DNA of 64,000 nucleotides from Nitrospirota bacterium (GCA_963701855.1 CAVPBK010000006.1:448001-512000); one strand, 5' to 3'; positions 1 to 10,200 are shown, counted from the first letter of the stretch. Notes: generated by a model not told the origin, from the sequence alone. Numbers and translations: made by a program.

Positions 1-398
1 AGCGGGTAGATCACCGCGAACACAAGATAGAATTGATTAATGAACCATGTGGTAAATTGCGGGTATGCTGCGAGAAGCACGAAAATAAACAAGCCGCCCG
101 TGAGGGCCGTTATGCTGAAGAGAATGACGGACACCTTTGTCAGCTCTTTGGCCAGGCGATCATACCGAAGGTCTTGCTTCCGATACCCCAGCCATTCTGA
201 GATCACAATAAAGATCGGGGCGCCGAGAATGAATGCCCCAAACAGCGTATGAAGCTGGGCGACAATCCATACGGCAGTCCGGTTCCCTGTATAGGGAAAC
301 TCTACCGGAGACGCTCCAGGAACTTGGGCATAGGCCACGCCTCCGAACAACACCAGAAACGCACAGACCGCCACCAGACTTCGCTGCCACGTTTTCAT
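1..398 (-). CDS. Cytochrome bd-like (CydA-family) oxidase subunit, 5' part; runs off the window edge
   Basis: Not in the ORF track; manual translation from ATG at 398 is open to base 1: MKTWQRSLVAVCAFLVLFGGVAYAQ...WIVAQLHTLFGAFILGAPIFIVISEWLGYRKQDLRYDRLAKELTK..., with the first-helix His and 'YDRLAK' pattern of CydA-like proteins. Confidence 0.75.
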   Translation of the reverse strand, partial: MKTWQRSLVAVCAFLVLFGGVAYAQVPGASPVEFPYTGNRTAVWIVAQLHTLFGAFILGAPIFIVISEWLGYRKQDLRYDRLAKELTKVSVILFSITALTGGLFIFVLLAAYPQFTTWFINQFYLVFAVIYP

Positions 399-825
399 AA
401 TATTTCGCCGCCCCTCTTCGCTAGGAGCCTATCCGACATTGAGATATCTGCATCATACGTTCTCTGGATTAGATCCAGGTTGAGCCAGCGCACCACCAGG
501 CAGCCAAGGTTTGCCCCCTTCTGCAGTTCCGCAGTACCCGCTCACTCCACTCGTACCCTGTGTACCAGAGGACTTGGCCGTCAGGGGGTTGTTCGTCTTA
601 CAGAATAGCGTCATTTCACCGTACTGAACTGTGCGATGATTCCGCGACAAGGACTGACGGGGCGATGAGAAGATCTGATCATGGCCGTAGAAGCGAACCA
701 TTCGTTCAGGCATCGTATGGCATCCTAGATCATTATCATGCGAACACACCGCTAGGCTGCCCTGAAGCTCAGTGCAAGAAGGGTTTCTTGGATTACTATC
801 GCACAAGCTCCAAGCATGAAACCGT

Positions 826-1359
826 TTACTTACCCGCCGGTGCCGGAGCAGCTGGAGCTGCAGCAGGAGCAGCCGAGCCGCTCGCCGCATCAACCCAGGT
901 CTTCTTTTCGGCGTCCCACCCTTTCCCAGGCATCCCGAAGCTCGCCTCATACAACACTAGCTTCCAGACGTCTTCGTCTGACAGCTTGCTCTTCCACCCT
1001 TTCATCTTCGTATTGGGAACTCCATCGGCAATCCGCCATGCCCACACGGAATCAGAGTAGAGCTTCATCCGTTCAACGACGCGGAAGTCACGGGCGCCTG
1101 CCTTAGCCGGCTTGCCGTCCTTACCATGGCAACTGGCACAATTCACATCGGGGTTTTTTTCGCCGGTGTAGAGCTTCCGCCCTTCTTCCAGTTTGGCCGC
1201 ATCGGCCCACCAACCAGCCGGCATATGTTTATCAGCCCATTCGGCTGGAGCTTGAGGCGGTGGAACGATCGGCCCCTCTCCCCCCTCTCCTCCGCATGCC
1301 ACCATGAAGAGCCCTACCCCCAACACCATCGTCAACTGATGAACTTTCATCTGCATCAT
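826..1359 (-). CDS. Monoheme cytochrome c lipoprotein
   Basis: CASCH heme motif, downstream Met (TKMKGW), lipobox-like LFMVAC, Ala/Pro-rich tail; AAGGAG upstream; exact start uncertain (1350-1368). Confidence 0.85.
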   Translation of the reverse strand: MMQMKVHQLTMVLGVGLFMVACGGEGGEGPIVPPPQAPAEWADKHMPAGWWADAAKLEEGRKLYTGEKNPDVNCASCHGKDGKPAKAGARDFRVVERMKLYSDSVWAWRIADGVPNTKMKGWKSKLSDEDVWKLVLYEASFGMPGKGWDAEKKTWVDAASGSAAPAAAPAAPAPAGK

Positions 1360-1558
1360 AACTTTCACACACTCCTTATTCCTCAGCCACATCGATGACG
1401 CTTGACTCTCGTACTCAAATAAAAGGCGCTTTCACCGAGGAGATTTATCCACAGTAAAAGCGCCGATGCTGATACATACCGTGACACCACGCGCATTCCC
1501 CCGCCACTTCGATTCACCGATCCAGCGAGGTGCACATCAGCCCCATGGACCGCTTCGG

Positions 1559-2158
1559 TTATTTCTTCCGCTTGCCCTGAAACTTCCCTCGTTTCTGTTC
1601 CTGCTTCCGCCATGAACGAATGAGTTTGACCCCGATGAACCCACCAACTGCCGCCGCGATAGCCCCAGACCCGAGATAGACCCACAAAGGAGTAGTGTTT
1701 CTGTCCTGCGTACAACCGGTCCCAAAATTGACCTGAATGACTCGCTCTGCCTCCAGATCCTTCGGATCGAACGAGACTTTCTGTTGTTGCTGCTGCCCGT
1801 TGGCTTCAATCAGCAGCGGATCGCCAAGGTTATCGTTATGAAGATGAAACGAAGCCTTATAATGTCCGTCTCCATCGGTCTTGACGATCTGCCCGTAGGA
1901 AATCTTTGTATCCTTGACGAGCACGTCTACATTCGCGCTGCTTTTCCCATCTGCCCCACAGACATACCCTTCGACCGTAAACCGGTGGTCGGCTTCATGC
2001 GTCGCGGCCACGACGGAGGGGAAACCGCTCAATATTGCAATGGCTAGAACCCATTCCCGCCATCGTGACTGACTCTGTGCGATCGCTCTGCGCCTCCCAC
2101 CACGGTACGTGCGATTACTAATAATCTCGGTCAATTTTAGGACTGCGATTTTTAACAT
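1559..2158 (-). CDS. Membrane-anchored periplasmic protein (beta-sandwich-like), function unknown
   Basis: Signal-like segment, beta-rich core (FTVEGYVC...VKTDGDGHY), C-terminal TM helix with basic tail; true start probably downstream of 2158. Confidence 0.6.
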   Translation of the reverse strand: MLKIAVLKLTEIISNRTYRGGRRRAIAQSQSRWREWVLAIAILSGFPSVVAATHEADHRFTVEGYVCGADGKSSANVDVLVKDTKISYGQIVKTDGDGHYKASFHLHNDNLGDPLLIEANGQQQQQKVSFDPKDLEAERVIQVNFGTGCTQDRNTTPLWVYLGSGAIAAAVGGFIGVKLIRSWRKQEQKRGKFQGKRKK

Positions 2159-2298
2159 AGCCCCTGCCTGTTAGTCAACGAACTGGCGCTTGACCGGATG
2201 AAGAGATAAGCCAATTTTCAAGCACTTGGCGAGGACCATTCTCGATACGCCTGTGTAGGGGAAAAGGAAAAAAGAGATGCGATTGGCAGGTGGAGAGT

Positions 2299-2694
2299 TT
2301 ACAAAATTCCTCGTGCTTTTGCCTCGGCTGCGACACGTGTAACTTCGACTCGCCGCTCCGAATCTTTCTTGGCAATCCAGGCCTCCCAGGACTTCCCCGT
2401 TGCCGTGTCCTCACCGGTGAAGGCGATCGCTGCAATCTGGTCATAACGAATGCGCTGCGCGTCGGTACTGTCGGAAGGGAACATCTCAAGATAGGAATCT
2501 TCCCCGCTGACCTTACGATTGAAGAGATAGCCGAAAATGGCATCACCGGATTTTAATGACAGCGTCACATCGCCGCGATAATCGAACGCCAGCTCCACCG
2601 CTTCTGCAAGCTCGGAGAAAGAAGCCGGCTGAAATATACGGCCTTCGGGCGATCCCGTTACCCCCTCACCACTATGGTTCTTGGTGTCAGTCAT
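2299..2694 (-). CDS. Hypothetical protein, possibly Sm/Lsm-like fold
   Basis: 131 aa directly downstream of hpnH; GDVTLSLKSGDAIFGYLFN and RIRYDQIAAIAF resemble Sm1/Sm2 patterns. Confidence 0.6.
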   Translation of the reverse strand: MTDTKNHSGEGVTGSPEGRIFQPASFSELAEAVELAFDYRGDVTLSLKSGDAIFGYLFNRKVSGEDSYLEMFPSDSTDAQRIRYDQIAAIAFTGEDTATGKSWEAWIAKKDSERRVEVTRVAAEAKARGIL

Positions 2695-2797
2695 TAAGGA
2701 ATCGTCAACTGTACAACGTGAGGCGCTTAACCGGAAGATGGGCAGGAGGCCCGGCCCTTACGAACGCCGACAGATCGCCCATGCTTCACACGATCTG

Positions 2798-3814
2798 TCA
2801 CCGCGAGGTGGGAAGCATCGTCAACTTGACGGTCCGGCCAAACCCGGACAGCGTGCCGAACGTATCTTCGACAGCAGAGGGTTCATAGCCGCAATGCACC
2901 ATGCAATCAGCGCATTTCTCGTTCCGCCCGGTTCCGTAGTGATCCCATTCCGTGCTCTCCATCAGTTCACGGAACGTCTTCGCATAGCCCTCTTGAAGTA
3001 GATAGCAGGGCTTTTGCCACCCGAACACGTTATAGGTCGGATTGCCCCAGGGTGTACATTCATACTCCCGCCGGCCCATCAAGAAATCTAAGAACAGCGG
3101 TGACTGATTGAACCGCCACTCCTTCTTCGGACTTCCCAAAATACGAGAAAACAATTCCCTCGTGCGCTCTCGCTTCAGAAAATGTTGCTTGTCCGGCGCC
3201 TTCTGATAGCTGTACCCAGGTGAAACCATCATGCCTTCGACGCCTAGCTCCATCATCGCATCGAAGAACTTCCGCACACGCTCAGGATTGGCATCATCGA
3301 AGAGGGTCGTATTGGTCGTGACTCGGTGCCCCCGCTTCAGCGCCGCTTTGATCGCCTTCACCGCCACATCATAGACACCATCCCGGCAGACCGCCAAATC
3401 GTGCTCGTCTTTCAGGCCATCCATGTGGACGCTAAACGTAAGAAACTTCGAGGGTTGATACTCGTCGAGTTTTCGCTCCATTAAAATCGCGTTGGTGCAG
3501 AGATATATATATCGCTCCTGCTCAACCAGCCCACGGACAATCTTTGACATCTCGGGATGAATCATCGGTTCGCCACCGGGAATGCTGACGATCGGAGCCC
3601 CGCATTCCTCCGCCGCAGCCCAACATTGTTCGGGCGTGAGTCGCTTATCCAGCACATGATCCGGATATTGAATCTTTCCGCAGCCGGCACAGGCTAAATT
3701 ACAGCGGAAGAGGGGCTCCAACATCAGCACGAGCGGATAGCGCTTCACCCCACTCAGTTTCTGGGAGAGCACATACTTCGTAACAGTAGCCATCTGGGAA
3801 AGTGGAACGGCCAT
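2798..3814 (-). CDS. hpnH: Adenosyl-hopene transferase (radical SAM)
   Basis: LMLEPLFRCNLACAGCGKI CxxxCxxC motif, CTPWGNPT, CADCMVHCGYE; hopanoid context. Confidence 0.95.
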   Translation of the reverse strand: MAVPLSQMATVTKYVLSQKLSGVKRYPLVLMLEPLFRCNLACAGCGKIQYPDHVLDKRLTPEQCWAAAEECGAPIVSIPGGEPMIHPEMSKIVRGLVEQERYIYLCTNAILMERKLDEYQPSKFLTFSVHMDGLKDEHDLAVCRDGVYDVAVKAIKAALKRGHRVTTNTTLFDDANPERVRKFFDAMMELGVEGMMVSPGYSYQKAPDKQHFLKRERTRELFSRILGSPKKEWRFNQSPLFLDFLMGRREYECTPWGNPTYNVFGWQKPCYLLQEGYAKTFRELMESTEWDHYGTGRNEKCADCMVHCGYEPSAVEDTFGTLSGFGRTVKLTMLPTSR

Positions 3815-4052
3815 TCCTCTCTCTCCTTCTTTTCAGTCTGTATTGGTAATGTCAGCAACCGGCCTAAACTAGCAGGTGTCAACCGCTCTGGATTCTAGCA
3901 CTCAGTCTCACCGCCCGTCAATTTCATCCGCGCATTTTCATCCGCGCATTAGCCCTGCCATATTACTTTCAAGGGACTCAATTGCCATCCATCCTTTCAC
4001 TTGAAGGGGTAGTGACAGGGACAAGAAGGCGCGAGATTTATCAAGAAAGTTG

Positions 4053-4079
4053 AAAAGCCCCGCACTCATATGTGTGGGG
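4053..4079 (-). terminator. Intrinsic terminator, probably the original tRNA-Cys terminator
   Basis: Minus strand ACCCCACACATATGAGTGCGGGGCTTTT just downstream of the duplicated tRNA 3' end. Confidence 0.55.
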
Positions 4080-4095
4080 TCGCGCAAATTCTGTG

Positions 4096-4141
4096 TGGAG
4101 GCGCCGAGCGGGGTCGAACCGCTGCATCGCCGTTTTGCAGA
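4096..4141 (-). repeat. att site: duplicated 3' part of tRNA-Cys
   Basis: 46 bp matching 10075-10120 with one mismatch. Confidence 0.95.
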
Positions 4142-4437
4142 ATGAATCCGGAGAATTGTGATCCAACGCGACCAATTGCTAAGGATGGAGAGAATACAGC
4201 AACTTATACTGACCATGCAGGCGAGTTACCTGCGATACCGAACGACTGAAGTAGATCTTGAACCGTGAGTAAAACCGTGAGTGAAAGAGGGTCGTCATTG
4301 TCCTCTTTCCGCACGGGCATCCTTAAAAGTTCAAATCGGTGGTCTTTGATAAAACCTCGCTATTGCAATGGTTTCCCCAACAACGTTAGTTTTCAAGCGT
4401 TAGACCGTTTCTATAACAAGGAGGACGAAAACAGGTC

Positions 4438-7400
4438 CTACTCGCATTGATCCACCGATACTCCAACCTGTCGCCAGGCAGATCTTACTTTGCATTTATA
4501 ATCAGAAATGTTGTCACCATAGTATCTGGGTCCCACTATGGAAACCGCAGTAACCATTTCAGCAGCAAATTGTTCAAATGTTGGCTTGTACGAAATACGA
4601 CCTTGGCGACGGAGTTGTTTTAAAGTCTCAAAATATACTTCCGCCCAGAAGTCCCTCTCATCTTCTCTGATTAATTTTGTCGCCACTAGATTGGGGATGC
4701 TACTATTTATATGAGCGATATTTACACCGTTCCAGGTTTCTTCACCGTTAGGAGTATTCTGTTTCTCCATACATGCTCTATTTACTTTGCTGCTCGCATC
4801 CGACGGTTGAGGATAATGTTTGGTTTTAAATATGCTGGGAGGATCGATTTGATTGTAACCTGACTTTCCAGGATTCCTAAGATCGCGCGCTTCTACTCCA
4901 AGGGCGAGTTCCCCAATTTTCCATGCTTCTCCACTACTACCGATGACGTGATGTCCCGGAACTGACATACGCATTAGGACTGAAAAGATGTCAGCGAGGG
5001 ACTCTTCTATGGCTCCAGGTATCTCGCCATTTTCCCCGGTGCAGGAATTCACGCCTCGACCGTTTCGGACGATTTGGCTAATTACAAAGTGACTGTATTC
5101 ATGCATCAATATGCTTAAATCGTTAGCGATGGAAGAATTGCCTATGGCGAAATAACCGCCCATCCAAGCAGCATTTCTCTGCAGATTTAAATTTTTTGGC
5201 TCGTACAAAATTTTCAACGGATCACTAAAATAGTCGGTCTTTGATCCTGTAACACTATCTTTTTTATGCCAGCCTAAATTATTTCTAAAATATCTATACG
5301 ACCTTCTCAAATTAGCGATTGCTGCAAGTCCATCAGGAATATTATGACTCCAACGTCCATTTCGTTGCGTTATTCGCTCGGCACTTAATGGAAGATCCGA
5401 TGCATACGAGCCTGCGACACTGGAAGTTGGTAAGGCGGCGCTATCAAAAAACAGATGGATTTCGGCTTCGCGAGGTTCTCCCTTGTCACCCATGGACCAT
5501 TCATCTGGAGCCTCAGCCGGCAACAACTGGATTTCTACTCCTTGAGCCACTACAGAACCGTTTGCAAATGAAGGAGAAGGACCTTCGAGCGGATGATTAA
5601 GTGTTTCGTGAGTAAGGGCATCAGTGTAGAAATCAAAGTTCGTATTAGCATTGTTTGATTTTATGACCTCAGCTTCAGCTACCAGGCCCCAAGCGGGTCG
5701 CCAAATCATTGTATTTGTCCTAATAAATACCGGCCACTGCACATATACCGGCCACGATACCGGCAACCGCTTTTTGTATGGTGATAAAGAACTATTTTCG
5801 TATTTTGCGCTAAAAGGAGAAACTCCGGAGCGGTAGAGTGCACGTATTGCAGCCAGATCGGATGTCAAAAGCGGTTTCCCTACTATGTCAACTATTACAT
5901 TGTCCTTGGAGATGTGAACGCTGATGCATGGACCATCAATTCTGGCTCCATCAAAAAAATACTCGTAAAACAGATAATGATCATCGTTGAAAGTGTCGCT
6001 ATTAGTCCATTTAATTACCAGATCTTCCTTCGTATCAAGTATGACATCTTGCGTGTCTTCAATAAGTGTCGTATTGAGTATGTCCAACGCCGCCTCATTT
6101 AAACCCGACTCTACATAATCTTGGATAAAATCTCTGTACTGAGCATCTAATATAGCCCGGTTGATTCGCGCACGCCTTTCCTTTGGAGGCAGACCCGCTA
6201 GTATGTCCAAAATGTTTGTCGGCAGCTTTCCTCTGTTCGGGAGATCAAAATGTGCTATCGCCTCATTCAAGACTGCGATTAGACGCTCACCTTCCTTTAA
6301 ATCACGGAGGAGGTCTTGTTTCGCTAAATAGAGTCCCTTCAAAACCGACGACAGAGGGTCATCAGCCGTCATTACGGTGGCTAATAGTTTGCCAGCATCC
6401 CTCACATCGGTACTGTCGAGAAAAGGAGAGGCCTTCACACCTTGGTCAAGGCCAAGGATGACAAATTGTGAACCTCCAAACATCACTTCCAGCTTAAGCT
6501 GAGGATATAATTTTGCTAGTTCTGCTGTTAAACGATTTTCGTCTTCTGACCGTGATGTTCCTTTTAACGAAGAGGATTTCGCAGACCCCAAAATAGTTCT
6601 TCCATATTCCCTTATAAGCTTCAGTTTCGTAGCTTTTCCATAAAGAGTGGTTAGCGGGATAGAGGAAGTTATAATGGTAAGCGGTCGTCGGAGTTCTAGG
6701 TGCCTTTCCTGACCGAAGCCACCGATTATACTGATTCGTTCTGCCTCTCCAATATGCGACTCTAAAATCAATTCCAGGTTGTCTTTGAAAAGATCAAGGC
6801 AAGGTTGTTGAAGATCAAGAAGATTATCAACACTCCATTCAAGCACTTTTTGAGTTCTGAACCTGGTGATCGTATAATTTTTGAACTCGATCCTGGAGGT
6901 CACCAATCTGCTGCCGTCAGACAACGTGCCGATTTCTAGAAAGCGTTTGTCCCCTAAAGCGCGGGCCTCGGCGAGTACCTTCGAAGTGTCAAGATCACTA
7001 AGCGTTTTGGCAGCATATCCAATTTCTGTACTATAGACTATTGGGAGTTTATAACCTTCTTTTGGATTTCCACTGCCATCTGGATAATGTGGATGGTTGC
7101 AAGCCTGAACATGAAGATCATAGAGAGGAGTAACTTCTCCATTTGGCATCTTCATTATTATAGTGCCGGGGGGAAATATCCCTGAAAGTGGCGCTCCTTT
7201 GTAATTAATTCTTTCAAGTGCTTCATCTTCACGGAATGCGATTTCCCCGATCAATGGACTATTGGGCCGGCTCTTGATTCCCACTTCAAGGGAAATCTTG
7301 ATTATTTTTGGCAATTCTTTTTTTCGAGGAAAACCTTCGAAAAAGTCGTTGTAAATGTTACGGGAATACCCTTCCCACTGATCTTTATTTTGGAAAGTGA

Positions 7401-7851
7401 ACGGGTGAGTTTCACCTAACGTATATATCAAGGTGTCCTCGAAGAATGGTACACCTGAGTCAAAGGTCAGAATAACCCGTAGCGCAGGAGGCTCCGAGGT
7501 TTTATCCCTTAAGTCGAGTTCAAGAATAGGAAAGTTTTGAGGATCAATATTAATAGATTTAGAAATTCTCAATACTTTCCCATCTGGGACCATCTTTAGA
7601 AATTTCGAATCGCCTTGCCTTATAATTCCGGTGCCATTGTTGAATTTTCCCGCCTCTAATTTCCAGCCGCTAGGTAGCAATCCACTCCCCGAGTGGTTCC
7701 AATCTTCAATGATGACTGTTCGGCTTGTACTAGAAGCGACGGCGTGAGAGGTCGCTAATGGCAGGACACCGATTAGTAGAAGAGCAAAAATGGAGTGCAG
7801 AGACAAATGCTTTCGCCGAATCCACCAGGCGTAAATTTTAAGCATCGTCAT
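4438..7851 (-). CDS. Large secreted M4 (thermolysin-family) metallopeptidase with long N-terminal extension
   Basis: NAAWMG, HEYSH, GAIEESLADIF, AHINSSIPN motifs; FTP/PepSY-like propeptide segment before the catalytic domain; N-terminal hydrophobic signal. Confidence 0.85.
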   Translation of the reverse strand: MTMLKIYAWWIRRKHLSLHSIFALLLIGVLPLATSHAVASSTSRTVIIEDWNHSGSGLLPSGWKLEAGKFNNGTGIIRQGDSKFLKMVPDGKVLRISKSINIDPQNFPILELDLRDKTSEPPALRVILTFDSGVPFFEDTLIYTLGETHPFTFQNKDQWEGYSRNIYNDFFEGFPRKKELPKIIKISLEVGIKSRPNSPLIGEIAFREDEALERINYKGAPLSGIFPPGTIIMKMPNGEVTPLYDLHVQACNHPHYPDGSGNPKEGYKLPIVYSTEIGYAAKTLSDLDTSKVLAEARALGDKRFLEIGTLSDGSRLVTSRIEFKNYTITRFRTQKVLEWSVDNLLDLQQPCLDLFKDNLELILESHIGEAERISIIGGFGQERHLELRRPLTIITSSIPLTTLYGKATKLKLIREYGRTILGSAKSSSLKGTSRSEDENRLTAELAKLYPQLKLEVMFGGSQFVILGLDQGVKASPFLDSTDVRDAGKLLATVMTADDPLSSVLKGLYLAKQDLLRDLKEGERLIAVLNEAIAHFDLPNRGKLPTNILDILAGLPPKERRARINRAILDAQYRDFIQDYVESGLNEAALDILNTTLIEDTQDVILDTKEDLVIKWTNSDTFNDDHYLFYEYFFDGARIDGPCISVHISKDNVIVDIVGKPLLTSDLAAIRALYRSGVSPFSAKYENSSLSPYKKRLPVSWPVYVQWPVFIRTNTMIWRPAWGLVAEAEVIKSNNANTNFDFYTDALTHETLNHPLEGPSPSFANGSVVAQGVEIQLLPAEAPDEWSMGDKGEPREAEIHLFFDSAALPTSSVAGSYASDLPLSAERITQRNGRWSHNIPDGLAAIANLRRSYRYFRNNLGWHKKDSVTGSKTDYFSDPLKILYEPKNLNLQRNAAWMGGYFAIGNSSIANDLSILMHEYSHFVISQIVRNGRGVNSCTGENGEIPGAIEESLADIFSVLMRMSVPGHHVIGSSGEAWKIGELALGVEARDLRNPGKSGYNQIDPPSIFKTKHYPQPSDASSKVNRACMEKQNTPNGEETWNGVNIAHINSSIPNLVATKLIREDERDFWAEVYFETLKQLRRQGRISYKPTFEQFAAEMVTAVSIVGPRYYGDNISDYKCKVRSAWRQVGVSVDQCE

Positions 7852-7886
7852 TAGTTCGGGGGCCAAATTATACGCGAATAAAAAAA

Positions 7887-8148
7887 TGACCAGCCGGGAG
7901 TTGTTGTACCACCTACCATGTTAGTCTTCCGCTCGCAAGCTGGATGGTTTCGGGAACGGGTGGCCGGCCTCCTAGACTGCCGTGCGGACGGACCGTGTTG
8001 TAGTGTCTCCGCCAGCGTTCCGTCATGATCTGCGCTTCCTTGAGTGTATAGAACAGTTCCCCGTCGAGAAACTGCGCCCTCATTTTCCCATTGAACGATT
8101 CGATATAGCCGTTTTCCCATGGCGAGCCCGGATCGATGTAGAGAGGCT
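7887..8148 (-). mobile_element. IS3-family 3' remnant (transposase C-terminus plus terminal IR)
   Basis: Manual translation LYIDPGSPWENGYIESFNGKMRAQFL...WRRHYNTVRPHGSLG; ends in ...GGCTGGTCA at 7887. Confidence 0.85.
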
Positions 8149-8429
8149 ACAGGTTCGGTTCGCATACCATTTCACTGATCCGCCAGCAATGCCTTTCGTG
8201 GGTGGTCACTGTGGTCCTCATCGAGCCGTGTTTGCGCCAATTCAACAGGCACCGCCATCTGCCGCTGTTGCTCGCGGCTTTGCAGAATGAATGATGACAA
8301 AGATGATATATCACTACAACGAGTGAATAAGGACGATTTTATAATAACTTAGTATGACAAAGAGTATAGAGCCATTATGAAAGCCGACGATTAAATTAGA
8401 TATAGAACCATGAGGTCTGAATCCTCATT

Positions 8430-9684
8430 TGTTGTGCCCCACTTAATATTTGGACAGGTCTCATAAGGCAGGCGGGCTAAATGGACACCGTGATGAAACC
8501 TGTCCAGAATGGGCGTGGTCGCAGGCGGCAGTGGAGCCGTGAGCAGAACACTGACGGTGTTGCAGGAGTGGCAGGCTGGGGTGCCGTGGGAAGAGATCTG
8601 CCGGAAGTATGCGGTGAACGCGGCGCAGAGGTATCGCTGGAAGCGCCGCCTCGACCACGGGCTCAAAGACTCGGGCAAGGTGGTGCCGAAGAGTCTCGTG
8701 GGCGGGCGACAGAAGCGGGTCGACGAACTCGAACGAGCCGTGGGACGGAAGGCCTTGGAGGTGGACGTGTTCAAACAAACCTTCGAGCGCAAGGGGCTTA
8801 TTACATTACCCGAGGAGATGTACGGGGGTTACCGCGCACGACGGGCGGCTCCGTGGCCATGGTCTGCCGAGTCTTGGGCCAGCCGCGGCGTTGGCGGTAC
8901 GACCGACGGCGCTCGAGGCGCGGGCGACCACTCCGGCGCCCGGAGCTCAAAGAGAGCGTCCGGCACCTTCTGGGAGCGAGCCCCCCACCTACGGCTACCG
9001 GCGGATCCCTGCACGGCTCAAGCGACGCGGGGTGGCGTGCAATCCCCAAACGGGGTGGCGAGTACTGCGGCGACGGGGAGGCTCTCGACCAGTCGGAGCC
9101 GCATCATCCGGTCTGGGCGGCGACACGACGGGCGCGGGCACGTATCCGAACCTAATCGGCGCTGGGCGTCCGACCTTACCAGTATCCGAGCGTGGGATGG
9201 ACCGTAGGGCCGCTTGGCCCTCATGATCGACTGCGCGGACCGCATGGTAGGGGTGTGGCGGTTTGCCACGCGCATGACGGCCGACGATCTCGCCGAGCTG
9301 CTGCGGGAAGCGATCTGGCACCGGTTTGGGGGAGCGCGGCCCCACGCACGAGGAATCGAATGCCTCAGCGACAAGGGGCCGGAGTCCACTGCGCATCGGG
9401 TTCGGCCGTTCGTGCGAGCCATGGGCCTTCTCCCGTGCCACACGCCCCGACGGAGTCCGGAGTCAAACGGCTTGGCGGAGGCGTTCGTTGGGCGCGTCAA
9501 GCGGGACGATGTCGATCAGGCGTGTCTCGAGCCGGTGGAAGACGGAGCGCGTCAACTCCCGGGGTGGATCACAATCACGAGGCCCCGCACAGCGCCGTGG
9601 GCATGCAGTCGCCAGCCGAGTGCGCTGCGGCGTAGCTAGTCAGAACCAAGACTCGACCTGTCCACAATTAGGTGGGGCAGTACA
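8430..9684 (+). mobile_element. Degenerate IS3-family element
   Basis: Imperfect TIRs TGTTGTGCCCCACTTAATATTTGGACAGG / CCTGTCCACAATTAGGTGGGGCAGTACA; OrfA HTH (EEICRKYAV), TYGYRRI, PNRRWASD, SNGLAEAF spread over several frames with stops. Confidence 0.9.
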
Positions 9685-10132
9685 GTTGCACAGTCCGTAT
9701 CTTTTCCCAAGCCCATTAACGACCGGTCGGCCTATGCAAGGACGAAATTTCGTAGTCAAAATGTATGAGCCAGCATTAAAGAAGGCCGGAATCGAAGGAG
9801 CAAATTGGCATACCCTGCGACACACGTTTGCCAGCCGAGCAGTCATGGCAGGTGTCGACATTCGGACGGTCCAAGAACTCATGGGCCATTCCACAATCAC
9901 AATGACTATGCGATACGCACATCTCTCCCCTGCTCACCTGAGAGCGGCGGTCAACAAAGCTAGTCTGCACATGCCTTCTGTAACAGTTATCGAAACCGTG
10001 AGTTCAGGCAAGAGGGTCAGTCCTGAGACTTCTCAGGATAACGTAGAAATAAATGAAATGATTCCGGAAAGTGTTGGAGGCGCCGAGCGGGGTCGAACCG
10101 CTGCATCGCAGTTTTGCAGACTGCTCCCTTAA
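9685..10132 (+). pseudogene. Tyrosine integrase, C-terminal fragment
   Basis: HTLRHTFAS, LMGHS, MRYAH catalytic motifs; N-terminus lost at the IS end; the frame reads into the antisense tRNA 3' end. Confidence 0.9.
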
Positions 10133-10150
10133 CCACTTGGGTACGGCGCC
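10075..10150 (-). tRNA. tRNA-Cys (GCA)
   Basis: GGCGCCGTACCCAAGTGGTTAAGGGAGCAGTCTGCAAAACTGCGATGCAGCGGTTCGACCCCGCTCGGCGCCTCCA; cloverleaf, encoded CCA, TATAAT at 10161-10166. Confidence 0.97.
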
Positions 10151-10200
10151 CTAGGCACGCATTATAGTCTGGACAAGGGGAGAGAGGCTAGAGGAACGAT

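Larger units (their letters stand above)
4096..10120. mobile_element. Decayed tyrosine-integrase genomic island at tRNA-Cys
   Basis: Flanking 46-bp direct repeats, integrase fragment next to the tRNA, AT-richer cargo, IS remnants. Confidence 0.9.

Noticed and set aside
399..825. Riboswitch or small gene in the 430-bp gap before the bd-like gene
   Set aside because: No recognisable consensus; overlapping ORFs lack RBS and motifs
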